The position numbers were made by a program, and so were the translations under genes. Source: Entomortierella parvispora E1425 (taxonomy: Eukaryota; Fungi; Mortierellomycota). Taken from it: a stretch of DNA of 64,000 nucleotides. Under the pieces are notes generated by a model. The model made no database searches. It was given only the letters and a program-made list of their open reading frames with translations, and was not told where the DNA came from. The stretch is taken from the NCBI GenBank assembly GCA_020891255.1, contig BQFW01000010.1:1612001-1676000 (forward strand), in the 5' to 3' direction. This document shows, in pieces, positions 37,143 to 49,125 of the stretch; position 1 is the first letter of the stretch, and every line of letters starts with the position of its first letter.

Positions 37143-40100
37143 TCATCGTCCATGCCCAGCAGAAGTACATCGCTGACAGTACCAGGAGTTGACTGCGTCG
37201 CCTTCCCTAACGCCAACACACCGTCCATGGAACCAGACCTCGCATTTATCGCACGCAATCATGAACAATCCATCGTCCAATGTTGGGTTCGAACAGATAC
37301 AGTCGATAATCTCAGTCGACTCCTCTGCCGCCGGTTGGTAGATATTGGCGCCATAGGCAGCGTAGTTGTTTCCAGGAGTAACCGTAGAGGATATCACCGC
37401 ACTTGAACCATGGTGGCCATTGGACCCGCCACTACTCTCGTGCGACCTGTGAGATTTGTGATGCTTGTGTTTGTGCTTGCGTACACTTCCTTCATCTTCA
37501 TCGCTGTCGAGATCACGGTCGCGCTCACGATCTCTGTCTTTGTCGCGATCCTTGCTCTTGCTCTTCTTCTTCTTCTTCTTTTCTCGGGCATGGCCGTCCT
37601 CATCGTCCTGATCCTCATCCTCATAGTCTCGCGACGATTTCTTGGATTTTTTGTGGCTGTGGTGATGTGAGGAACCGGATGAGGCGACCGAAGACGAACG
37701 ATGATCCTCCAATAGATGACTGCTCGACGTTGAAGATGACCGGTGGTGGCTGTGTTTCGAGGATGAGCCAGCGTTCGACGCATCCAGGTCGCTGGCGTTA
37801 TGACCAGAGGACAAAGCTGAAAACTTGAATCGGATCTTGGGTGCCGCTGTGGGTACTTGAGTTGTAGAGCTTGGATGAATGGCCGATGTCGAGGTTGCTT
37901 TCTTGGCGGCTGAAGATGAAGCCGAGGACGCAGAGCCCATGGACATTGAAAGGGGTAATTCTGAGAGCGAAACGGGTGCAGGAGCTGGTGCTTTGGGGGT
38001 GACTACAGGAGCCGTAATCGACACCACTGGTGTTTCTACTTTTGGTGAAATCATTGGTGAGGATAAAGTGCGGGGCGGTGCCAGATTGGGCAGAGAACTA
38101 GATGCCACTGGCCTTGGCGTGATAGTCCCAAATGTCCCTGTTGGCTGAGTGGGAGGTGAGATGACTGGGGGTGTTGCTGTTACTGTCCTTTGCTGAGTTA
38201 CAGCAGCCGGCATAGGCGGTTGTGGCATGGAAGGCAGACCATTTTGAAAAGAGATTGATGTCGCAACGGTTGAAGTAGCTGTTGCGGCAGGAGCGTGGGC
38301 GGGGCTTTGAGCTGCCAACAGTGCCGCAGGGTCGAAATTAGATCCAATTCTGGACAAGATGCTGGGGTTGATAGGCGCTGCCGATGGGGTCGAAAAGGAA
38401 GCTATTGTAGACGCACTAGCCGCTGGAGCCACTGGTGGAGGCTGGTAAATCGGCACGGCAGGAGTGAAAGGTGCTGGCTCTGTTCCTGCGGAGCTAAGTT
38501 TCCTGGGCCCTCCAGCCTTTGCCTTGCTAACCGGTGCAGATGTGGTGCCCAGTGTTGACGATGGAAGAGTTTCCTTGGGAGGATAAACCACATTGGAGAG
38601 TGGTGAGTTGGAAAACGATCCCTTTCTTGATCCTGCAGGGGCTGGCAGGCTTCCCTGTCGCGAACTAGACGGCGCATTCTGTACAATCTCGGACACTGAC
38701 ATGACTCTCTCGGCTGGTAAAACAGGAGTCAGGATGTCTTGGATAGAAACACCAGGGTTGGCAAACTTGTTCATGATCGCAGGAGGCGCTGATTGCTTTA
38801 GCAGACTGTCAATAATTCCCGGTTGTTGAGAGTTGGCAAAAAGGGTATCCGACTCCTCTCCCGGTTTCGCGATAGAATGGGCCAATTTGGATTGCCGCTT
38901 AAGACGCCTTTGCGATGGAGCAGGGATAGGCTTTGGGTCCAGAAATGTCATAAGAGTGTCCGAGAACAATTGTTGAGATTCCTGTGATAAACCAGCTGCC
39001 CGGGCGCGCCTCCGTGAGTGTGATTCGGCGTTCGAACTTGCGCTCGATGGTGGCAGGATCGGGATGGAGAGCGTCGAAAAGGGAAGGTCTGATTCGTTGA
39101 AAGGGACTACGTGCTTGTAAGGGTTGACGTCCGGTTTAGCTTTTCCATCCGACAGTGATTTTTCTGGTGCCTTGGAATGACCTGGCGGAACCACTTGAGA
39201 CGTATTGATGGAGAGCTTTACGCCACCGGTTGACAGATTACTGGAATCCTTTGCCATCTCAGGTACCGTAGAATCCAGTCCAGTCGTCAATGGTGCACTC
39301 TCCAGTGACTCCATGTCCTGGCTGTTAAAAGTCACAGATGGAGTGCCCGCCTTTCCTTCTTCTGACTTGATTTGAGGCTCTTCCTCGACTGCTACAGCGC
39401 CTGGATAAGGGGGCATGTACTCGGGTATAAAATCGGGTTTCATTCCTGGAATCCATTTGCCAAAGTTCGATTTCCCGATGCGTCCGTTGGAACTTTTAAG
39501 TTCTTCGGTGAGATCCATCGCCATATCATCGTCTGCCCCTTCTGGATAGGCGTAGGCATCCTGTTCATCGTCGGTTTGAGGCAGTTCAACCCCTTGCGGA
39601 AGTGCATGCCATTCGTAAATGCTTTCATCCTCAGGGTTCCTCTTTGCACGCCCGTTGTCAAGAACATCTAACAGTAGTTTACCAACAGAGTTAGCACTGT
39701 GGCATACCAAACGTCGAGTATGGACATGAAATAAAACAAGAGTCTTTTTTCATTTTTTGAACTCACCATAGATGACATTGCCAGGATCGGCACCTTTCCA
39801 TGCTGGTAGACTGGGTCGGTTTGAGGCGCCTGGTGCTGTACTTGAGCCATCTGCAGCCGCACCTTCCTCTGGAGCATTCACGCCACCGTTCTCAGCCATC
39901 CACTCTGACAAGTCGTCGAGGTCGATTCCAAGCTCTGCAAGGCCATCTACCACATCAAAGGCCGTTATCCGAGCCCTTCCTGAATGTTCCGCAAACTCCT
40001 TGGCAGACTCTGCAAGAAGGGTCATGTATCGACCCAGACATTCCACCAAGACGGCCATAGGGTTTGCTTGCACAGAATCGTAGCCTGACGACTGCAGGAT

Positions 40101-40439
40101 GTGAAGGGTCGAGATACGAAGCATAGACTGACAAAAGTTCGAGAGTGTGTTCGGGTCCGACTGATGTAGATGATTGTTCTGGACGACCAGATTATTTTGT
40201 GCATCCTGACGCAAACTTTGGCCAGGGCCATGCATGCGGTCGCTCCGGAGACTGATGGCCTTGCGTTGGTATGGCCTTTTACTAGGGGTTGACATTGCTG
40301 TGGAGGTGGTGGTGCTTGTTATTGTTGTAGTTGTTGTGGTCATTGTTCCTGAGCGAACAGGTCCTTTCAGTCCTGGTTCTGATGCGGGTGATGCTGTGCT
40401 GGATTCAGGCGCAGGAGTAGTAGCGCCGGGCTGTTGCAT
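37143..40439 (-). CDS. TAF3: TFIID subunit TAF3-like: N-terminal bromodomain-associated histone fold plus C-terminal PHD finger
   Basis: Histone fold LRISTLHILQSSGYDSV...ESAKEFAEHSGRA...DVVDGLAELGIDL; FIPEYMPPYP; PHD IDCICSNPTLDDGLFMIACDKCEVWFHGRCVG..WYCQRC; intron ~39668-39766. Confidence 0.75.
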
Positions 40440-41145
40440 AGAACCGCAGGAGTGGAGGTTGGATGTTGAATGGATGGTAGTCGGGCGACAGGACAGAAAA
40501 GCCTCGTCTTGGAGTTAACGACCAATGATCAATCAATCACAGCGGGGAAAAGAGACGCGTGTGCGGCAATGGATGCAGCCAGCAGAGGTCGAGCGTGCAA
40601 TCGATCTATCGATGGAGGCAAGATTGGATTCCAGTCCTGAGTCCTCTGTCCTGAGCTGTTCCTGTCCGGTGAAGAAAAGAGATGAGAGAAAGAGAGCGGC
40701 TGATCGGTGTTTGGTGGAGGAAGGAAGGAGGCAGGAGGAGAAAGAAAAAAAAAGAAAGAAAAGAAATGGGTCTTGCGCATGGGCAAAAGAGCCAGACCGG
40801 CTCTGTTCTTCTCTCCTCTTTTCCTTTCACTCTCGGCTGGCATCGGTATCCTGTACACTGCACACACGTCGACAGACACACCTTCCTCCTCGCCATCTCT
40901 TCATTCACTGATCCCTTCGATGCATACATGTATCCATACACATATACTCATCCCCTGCAATCGCAGAGACAGCGTCATTGCACACACAACTACATAAACA
41001 CTCTGTGACGTGCTTTTTTCCCCTCCCTTCCCTTCCAAGGCCTCTCTTCCCCTTTCGGACCTGTCAGAAAAAAGAGATCTTCTCTCCTCCGAACTCTTTC
41101 TTCCCCAACCATCGACCCATCGACCCATCGACTTGACTGAACAAC

Positions 41146-42209
41146 ATGGCCTCGACTCAGGACACACATACCCCGTCGGACTCTTCCGCGCCAAAATGCC
41201 CTGTAGACCACTCGACATTCAAGCACTTTTTGCCAAAGGATTCCGCCATGCCCGAGGGCCACCCCGCCGTGCCCATGACCACCACCGATGGCGAACCCGC
41301 AAAGTGCCCCGTCTCGCCCGAAGCCCATAAGCACTTTATGCCTCGCTCTGCCGCACAAAATACCTCATCATTATCTTCAGCATCTACACCATCCTCGCCG
41401 GCACCTGCATCAGCGTCAGCGGCTTCAACAGAGGCGACAGAACTTCAGATCGACCCCACCAACAACATGCCTGCAACTCCTGACCAGTTCCGGATTGCCT
41501 CCCAGCGTCGAGAACTTAATACGGAACGTGAAGTCAGTTCGATCCCCAAAGCCGCGAACGCAGCAGATCCATACGGAGAGAACAAGGCAGCAGCTGCAGC
41601 TGCAGCACCCTCTTCATCTTCAGGAGCCCATGCACCTGACCCGGATTCTGATTCAGATAAGGTCTGGATCTATCCCTCGGAGCAAATGTTTTTCAATGCC
41701 ATGAAGCGCAAGAACTGGAACCCAAGGGAAGAGGACATGAAGTTTGTGGTCCCTATTCACAACATGGTTAATGAAATGGCCTGGAAGCATATTCTCAAAT
41801 GGGAGAATCAGATGGAAAAGTAAGGAAACCACTTTTGTCCCCTTGTCACATCATTGTCATGTCATGGTTGAAGCAGGACGAAGCGTAGCTAATCTTTTCG
41901 GGCATTTTGTTTCCTCCTTTTTTGGTTCTCTCTAGCACATGTGGCGGTCCAAAGTTGGTCAAGTTTGAGGGCAAACCCAAAGAGATTACACCCAAGGCTC
42001 GATTCCGTTCATGGATGGGATACACGTTGCCATTCGATCGTCATGACTGGGTCGTGGATCGGTGTGGAAAGCAAGTGACGTATATCATTGACTTTTACTC
42101 TGGACAACCCGATCCTCGGTATCCCGAGGCCCCCAGCTTTTATCTCGATGTCCGTCCAAAATTGACGCCAGAAGGCGCTTGGCAGCGATTCAAACGTTTT
42201 TGGTTCTAG
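41146..42209 (+). CDS. CYC3: Holocytochrome c/c1 synthase (heme lyase)
   Basis: CPV motifs (KCPVDH, KCPVSP); [27 protein letters not shown] and [13 protein letters not shown]; intron 41820-41935. CYC3 versus CYT2 is not resolved. Confidence 0.9.
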
Positions 42210-42361
42210 ACTTAGGGCAGATTCCTCTGTTTTTCGTCTCATCCTCCCCTCGCCCGTTACCCATTTTCTAATGTCATTCCTTCATAGAATCATACACTTT
42301 TTTTTTTGTTGGCAAATTAGATATCAATTTATTCAAATACAAAACATTCCCCTATCTGCAT

Positions 42362-43129
42362 TCAAGGTCTCATCGAAAGAACGTTTCTGACCCAGTGGTT
42401 GAACTCGCACATCAAGTGTAGCTGATGTTGTTTGATCATGAAATCCGGGAGCAGGAAGGGGAACTCGACCAAGAACTTCAATTTCAGGCTATCTCCTTCC
42501 TTTCGGATTTGGTGCCTTATACCGCCGATGACTCTTCCGCCTTGTATACGGGCTGCCCCTATCATCAGGATTTCAAACCCGGGTTCCGTCACAGAGCGAA
42601 GCCCCTCCATATCCCCAGAGCGGATATAGAACCGAGAGGGCATGGGGGAGCCACCCGTGGCCTCGACGACCACCATAGTGTACTCGTCCACGTTGGCGAG
42701 TAAATGGTGGTCGGGGCAGGCCGCGAGTCTCATTTTGACATATTGGAGGTCCTCGTCCAACATGAGGAGGTCCATTCTTTGTTTAAAGGTGGCAATGCTG
42801 AGGTCCGTACCGCTGATGACCACATCCACGGCACTGAACTTTCTTTTGCCAAAGGACAGGAAAGAGGGGATCCAAGTCGCGATGCCAGAGATGCAAAAGT
42901 AAAACTCCATCTTCTTGAGGATCTTGTCGCTGTGCTTGATCTTGAGCTCGGTCAGGTCGTCAATCTGTTCCTCCCTTGTGCGGGTGTCCTTCTTGTCTGC
43001 TGGCGGTGGCTTGATGTCCAGGAGGCGGTGGATAAGGTCCATCACAACGACCAGTCGTTTTGCTTCCCATTGATTGATCGTCTCCATCGAGATCAACTTT
43101 CCGTCCGCATATGAATTGATCTCTATCAT
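42362..43129 (-). CDS. Uncharacterised globular protein (255 aa uninterrupted ORF)
   Basis: Non-low-complexity ORF with motifs ACPDHH, VEATGGSP, IGGIRHQ, VEFP and HLMCEFNHW. A possible 5' intron lies upstream (poly-T tract, CTAAC). Confidence 0.7.
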   Translation of the reverse strand: MIEINSYADGKLISMETINQWEAKRLVVVMDLIHRLLDIKPPPADKKDTRTREEQIDDLTELKIKHSDKILKKMEFYFCISGIATWIPSFLSFGKRKFSAVDVVISGTDLSIATFKQRMDLLMLDEDLQYVKMRLAACPDHHLLANVDEYTMVVVEATGGSPMPSRFYIRSGDMEGLRSVTEPGFEILMIGAARIQGGRVIGGIRHQIRKEGDSLKLKFLVEFPFLLPDFMIKQHQLHLMCEFNHWVRNVLSMRP

Positions 43130-43186
43130 GATTGACTGAACCGGATGGTGATGACCTGGTTAGCTTGGATGTTCATTGCCTTCCTT

Positions 43187-43218
<32 letters not shown>

Positions 43219-44045
43219 GACGTAGTTTTACGCGTGGGGTTGATGTGTTTAGGGTCGAGGGTCCAAACAGGTTTGATGAGAGAGAATAAATGAAGGTAAA
43301 TGAAGATGTGGAGAAAAAAAAAGAAATAAAAACGATGCGGTGTCTTTATACAAGTCAACTCTAGAAAGCTTCCTTCTATCGGCTGGTTCCAAACACGACC
43401 GTTCGGACCGGAGGAGGGACATCAAGGACGGCATCGGGTAATGTAAAATCCAGGCAAAGGTATTTACCATTCACGGGCCAACGCCCTCTTGTCCATATTC
43501 AACATAATACCATTTGTGAGCGACGATACCCACCGACGATTTACGACTCTAGCCCGTGCAAGAGTCGTGCTCATTGGACCGGATGCCAGCTTGCGGGGCT
43601 TAGTACGGGTTACGGTTATGCTCTGGAGGCGAGAAGATGTTTGTTTCAGAAGACGGTCATGAGGGGAAAGCTACCAAACAGAGTCATATTTCAGGAACGA
43701 GTTGCCGAACGAAGCGAGCACAAATGAGGGTTGATGGAAAATGAAAACTGACCATGCTACAAACACAACCGTCCATGGCCATTGCTAACAGTTCTTTTTT
43801 CATGTTTATTTTTTTTTATTGTCGATCTAAATACTTTGAGAGATGAACTACCAATAAGATAATAACATAGAAAAGACAAGAGTTACAGTGCTAACGAGTC
43901 TGAGAAAAACAGAGAGAGAGAGAGGGAGAGGGAGAAAGGAACAATAGGATGAAGAGAGTGAGAAAATAAAGGGTATAGTCTTCCGTGTTGATAAAGAACG
44001 TAAAAAAAACTGGAGAGAACAAAAACAAGATAGTATGTATGTTTA

Positions 44046-47000
44046 TCACCAGCGACGACGACCGCCGCTACTTCTTTGCTGCTCATGGCCATGACCATCC
44101 GATCCAGAGCCAAGTTTGTTATTGAAAGCTCCAGGGCCACCAGAGCCTCCACCAGAGTTTCCACCTCCATTGGATCGGCCCTCGCCGCCACTACCCGAGC
44201 CCCCATTGTTGTTGTTCGAGAAGGGACTTCCGCGCCAGCGCTCGACCATGAACGCCACCTTTTGTCCATACTTGGAGCCGCGCAAGCTTACCATGTGTCG
44301 TTTGATCAGTGCAGCACAGATCTCGCGATGCTGAGGGCCGGCATGGGTCAAGATGTACTGGACAATGTAGTTGCCGTACTGGTCTGCAGCAATATCAATC
44401 AAGGGAATACGGGGTCTGTCTGGAACGCCATCGCAGACGATATGGATGTATTGTCCCATGACTTCCTCTTGTGTCAGACGAATGGTTGTGGTTCCATGGA
44501 TCGTCACGGTTGGAGGAGATGAGGAAGCAGAGGCGGAAGCAGAAGCTGATGCATCCTTAGGAGACGTACACGCGTTTGCTTGCTGCAAGACAGCTGTAGG
44601 CGCGGGCAAGGTAGGATTCGCGGCCATGCGGAGGGTCTTCTCCACGACTTTGGACGCGTACTGATCGAGGGAGAGATTCACAGCATCTTCAAGAATCTTT
44701 TGGGTCACTGTTGCTCGGTCAGCGGGTGAACCATGTTCCAGAATATGTTGAATGACCCAGTTGCCCCACTGACCCTTGGCGATGGTGGTCACTGATTGAA
44801 GAATCTCGTTCAGGACGGGTCGCTAATTGGATGGCAGGAGAAAAGTGAGTTAAAAAAAAAAAAAGGACGCATCGCCAAACTCCAAGTTCTCACCTTATCG
44901 TGCTCTGCACAGTTCTCAAAGATGTTCTGAACGACCAAAGAGCCAGTCTCATCCACTGCAACACTGGCCCATCGTCCTGCAACCGCGCTATTGACATAGG
45001 TCATGACCGCTGGAGGTGCGTCCGTCCAACGGATCTCAAAGACCTTTTGCCAGACATGACAAGCATACCGATGGACAATTGTCTCCCGGATCCGTCGGAA
45101 CATCTCGGTCACAATCCTGGCCTTGGCGTCTTCCTCAACGTTGTCCAACGCCTTCTGGACCACATGGCATCCAAAAGGATCACAGGCCAGCGTCAAGATA
45201 TTGCCACGCATCGCCTGTGCCAAGGCATCAATTTGCTGAGCAGATCCAAACTCGAAGCAGCGCTGAATCAAGAAATTTCCAAACCGGTTCGACATCAATG
45301 CGTAGGCTTGACCCAAGATCGCGTCAATGATTTGGACCTTTTGCTCTGGAGGCGACGTCTTGAGCTTTTGTTGCAAATGAATCGACGCCTGTTGATCAGT
45401 CGCCTGAAGAATACGGTCCACACACATCTGATAATCCAAGTGTACTGGCTTATCACTGTGGCGACGGTAACTGTTGCGGTAGGAGGATGGTCCGCCTCCT
45501 CCCTGTTGTTGCTGAGGCTGTTGTTGCTGCTGAGTCTGCTGAGTTGACTGCGCCGGTTGTTGAGCCTGTTGCTGCAGCTGAGACACATGCTGTCCATACT
45601 GACTGATGAATTGTGGGTCATATCCAGCATGCCCCATCGTGCCACTGCCCTGGAAAGTTGTAGACGTGGGTGAATCGTATCCGAATCCACTCGACATCTG
45701 GATATAGAGACAAAAAGAAGAAAGAAAAATTTAGACAATGGTCGCGAAATCTCAGAGGAAAAAAAGACACGCCTTTACCTCATCGTTCCAGGATGGAGAG
45801 TTGCTGACGCCCGCAGGCCCAACGTTAGCATTCATGTTCCAAGGGTAAGATCCCTGTTGTTCCAAAGCGGGAGAGTCGAAAGCCCTTGATCCTGACGAGA
45901 AACTGGCAGCACTGCTGCGATGACTTAAAGTTGGGTAGGCGTTGCTGGATGAAACCCCTTGAGGATTGAAGCCAGGCAGTGGCTGCTGCTGGCGACTTAG
46001 ACCATTGCCTGTAGCTGATCCGAGATCGTGATGGGGGGAATAATCAGAGGTGGGGGAGTCGACCATATCCATGTATCCCTGGTAAGCATACGCGTTGGCT
46101 GCGTTGATTTTCAGCCCCAAAGGGGCTCCGCTAGCTGATGACTGCTGTGAATGCACGCTGTGAATAGAGTTGGACCGCGAACTGACTGACAGAGGATGGA
46201 TGGAGGAAGATGGAACTCCTCCTGTGGAAGTAGCCGAGTTTCCAAAGGATGTCAAGCCCTCCACGCCATAGTAATCCTCGTCTGAGATCCCATCAAGTCC
46301 GTGGTGGGCCATGTCCTCACCCAGCGCCGATGCCGCCGATGGCCCAGAGGAAAGACCATAGGAGGTAAAAGTAGAGGCGGTGACAGCCGATGCCATGCCA
46401 TGTCCAGCTCCCGACGAGAATCGAGACGCGTTCTTGGACAAGACGTGATCAAATCCCGAGGTCTGGATAGGAGGCAGTGCCGCATGAGCAGAGGAGGAGG
46501 GAGGAGGAGGGGGGGTGCTGGTCGTCGCCACCAACTTTTGTTTCAGAAGCTCTTCCACCTCTTGGTCGCGTTGACGCAACTTGCGACGGTCCTCCTCGGA
46601 CTCGAGCAAAAGTCGCGTCATCATCTCCTTGAGCTGGTTAATCTCGGCGGACTGACGAAGGCATGTTTGTTGGAGAGCCTCAAGGTCGGTTTGTCGCTGC
46701 TGATCCTGTTGCTTCTCCACGGCGAGCATGGGAGAGCTCAGTGCATTGGATCCTGCAGGTTTAAAGTCCTTGACGAGAAGAAGGGACGTGTCTGCGGTGG
46801 CTTGGACTCTAGCCTACACAACAACAACGACGCGTTCAATGGCGAACCGGGGTTGTGCAAAGTGAAGGTGAGGTGAGGTGGGACAGGGGTTGCGACGAGT
46901 GGTTAGCAAAGCCCAAAAGTGGATTACACAAAAAGGGGTTGTGGAGGAGGGTGCAACTTGGATGAAGGAGGGGTCCACCATTCCATCCTGCCCCAAGTTC

Positions 47001-47990
47001 TGGAATGGATTGGAAACATTTCCGATAGAAACTCAAGCATTGACTGGGGGGTGCAGGGACGGGAAGAGCAGAAAAGGGACGCCATGTAGCACCGACATGT
47101 GTTGTGGCCACTCTTGGTCTTTTGCGTTCTCGTTTTTTCTTCAAAAGTTGGCTTACCTTGGTATGCTTTCGAACAAGGAAACGACGCATGGCGCGCTGGA
47201 TGACAAGGGCGGCCTCCAGTGTGGTGATAGTAGACTCATTGTGGAGGATTCCAGTTTCAAAGCCCTTGGTGCTAGCAAGACCATGTTGCTGCTGCTGAGT
47301 CGGCTGGTAATTCCGGTTTCCAACAGCACCTGTCCCAAAAGTAGGAGAGTTGGACATTGGGGTGCAATTGCCATCATAAACACTGGTGGCCGCTGTGGAT
47401 CCGCCTGGGGTGGATCCGTCCCAGTGGGAAGGGGATCGCGAAGTATTAACTGAAGCCCCAGCTCCCCCCTGGCCCTGGCCGATAGCAAACGAGGGCTCGA
47501 GATGAAGGGCGAAGTCATCCATCACAGCAGTTGAGGAAGATGACACGGGGTTGCGGCCTTGTTGGCGGCGCGACCCTCCATTCGACTCTATTTGGGATCC
47601 AAGCTCAGGAAACTGATAATCCAAAAGTCGGCCAAGACTAAAGCCAGCACTGGGGAGGCGGGATGTTCGGCGTTGCTCCTGTTGACTCTGCTGCTGCTGT
47701 TGCTGCTGTCGCACAGACGAGTAGCGCGAAGAAGAGTTGGACTCGAGAGCAGGGGCAGGGGCCGAGGACGGAGGAGGGGAGAGAGCAGGGGCAGTGGCAG
47801 CCTCACCTGTCAGCTTGGACGCGAACGATTGCTTCAAAGGCAAATCCAATCCCGTCTCATTGCTGTCGTGGAGGGAAGAGGACGTGGGCGAGGAACCGTT
47901 CATCTGCTGTTGCTTTGAGAGATTCAAGAGAAGCGAGCCAATACTGTTCTGAGCATTTGCAAGTCGCTCTTTGTAGCCGTTTCCCAACAT
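44046..47990 (-). CDS. Pumilio/PUF-family RNA-binding protein with an IQ-like motif and a coiled coil
   Basis: PUF repeats (DQQASIHLQ, NRFGNFLIQRCFE, DPFGCHVVQKAL, HRYACHVWQK, DETGSLVVQN, GQWGNWVIQHIL, DQYASKVVEK, DQYGNYIVQYIL); IQ-like motif at 47158-47220; at least 4 exons. Confidence 0.85.
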
Positions 47991-48576
47991 CGTAGATCAA
48001 GAGCGGATCAGAAAAGAGGATGGTCGAGAAGCAAAATGAAAAGGTAAGGTTGCGTTGAATCAAGGGTCGAAGTGCGTGTTCTTGGGTAGGGGGGGTTGAG
48101 AGCGATACGACGACAGTGAATGAGAGAGTGTAATGGCAAGAGGCTTTCTAGGTGGGAACACGCGAACTGCAGGATTATGGCAGGAGAAAGACCAGAGCAC
48201 CAGAAAAGTCAAAGTCAGTCAAAGATGGAGAAATAGGGGAGTAGAAACGACGGTATATATAAAAACAAATAAGAAGATGGTGGGCGCAGATGGGCAAAAA
48301 GACAAGCGAGTGAAATCGGGAGGAGGAAGGAAAGAAGGAAGGAAAGAAGAGGGAGGAAAGAAAGGAAGGACAGATTCTCGACTGGGCGAGGCCGGTGACC
48401 GCGAACACATTGGGCGAATGTGCGCTGTGTTTGACCCTTGTTAGTCCCCCTGCTCATTTTTCGCAGGAATGGGATGGGTCCTCGATGCTCTCGATCTCTG
48501 GGAGACAGGGATGTATGTACCTTTGCCACAGGGACAATATGCCACCCAAGGACATCACAAAGGTTGTGGCTCGAGT

Positions 48577-48612
<36 letters not shown>

Positions 48613-49125
48613 TTTGCAGCGCATTTCCGGGCAAAGATTCCAAACATTCCTAGAACGGTAATCACCCATGCCACTGGCCCACATTTCCATCTACACAAAA
48701 CTCCAGGTGGTTTGACGGCTTTGGGCGAACGGCATTCAGTGATGATTGCGTGTTTATGAATGAAATGTGAACTAGAGGTATGAGTACAGAGTCTATGGAA
48801 GCGCTAAGCCGCGAACAAACTGAGGAGTGAGATATAAAAATGATAGGCATCGTACAAGTTTGTATCAACACAACAATAACGAACGAACAGATCACCGAGC
48901 CGGAGGGTCCGTCAGGATTGTCAAAGTGATCACAGGGACAGGAGGCGAGGCCAATGTTTGTGGATTGCGTTCGTCAAGTTGGTTGAGATTGTAGTGTAGA
49001 GAAATGTAGAGGGATACATCCATGGCTGGGTATCTGCTGATAGTTGAAGAAAAATGGTGAGGGTCGGTGGAAATCATGGCTCAATGGATGTCACTCTTTG
49101 GCGCCTAGATGCCACTCCTTGGCAC

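Noticed and set aside
43543-43568. 8-bp hairpin ACGACTCT-10nt-AGAGTCGT
   Set aside because: A single short stem is expected by chance in 64 kb, and no ncRNA context is recognisable.
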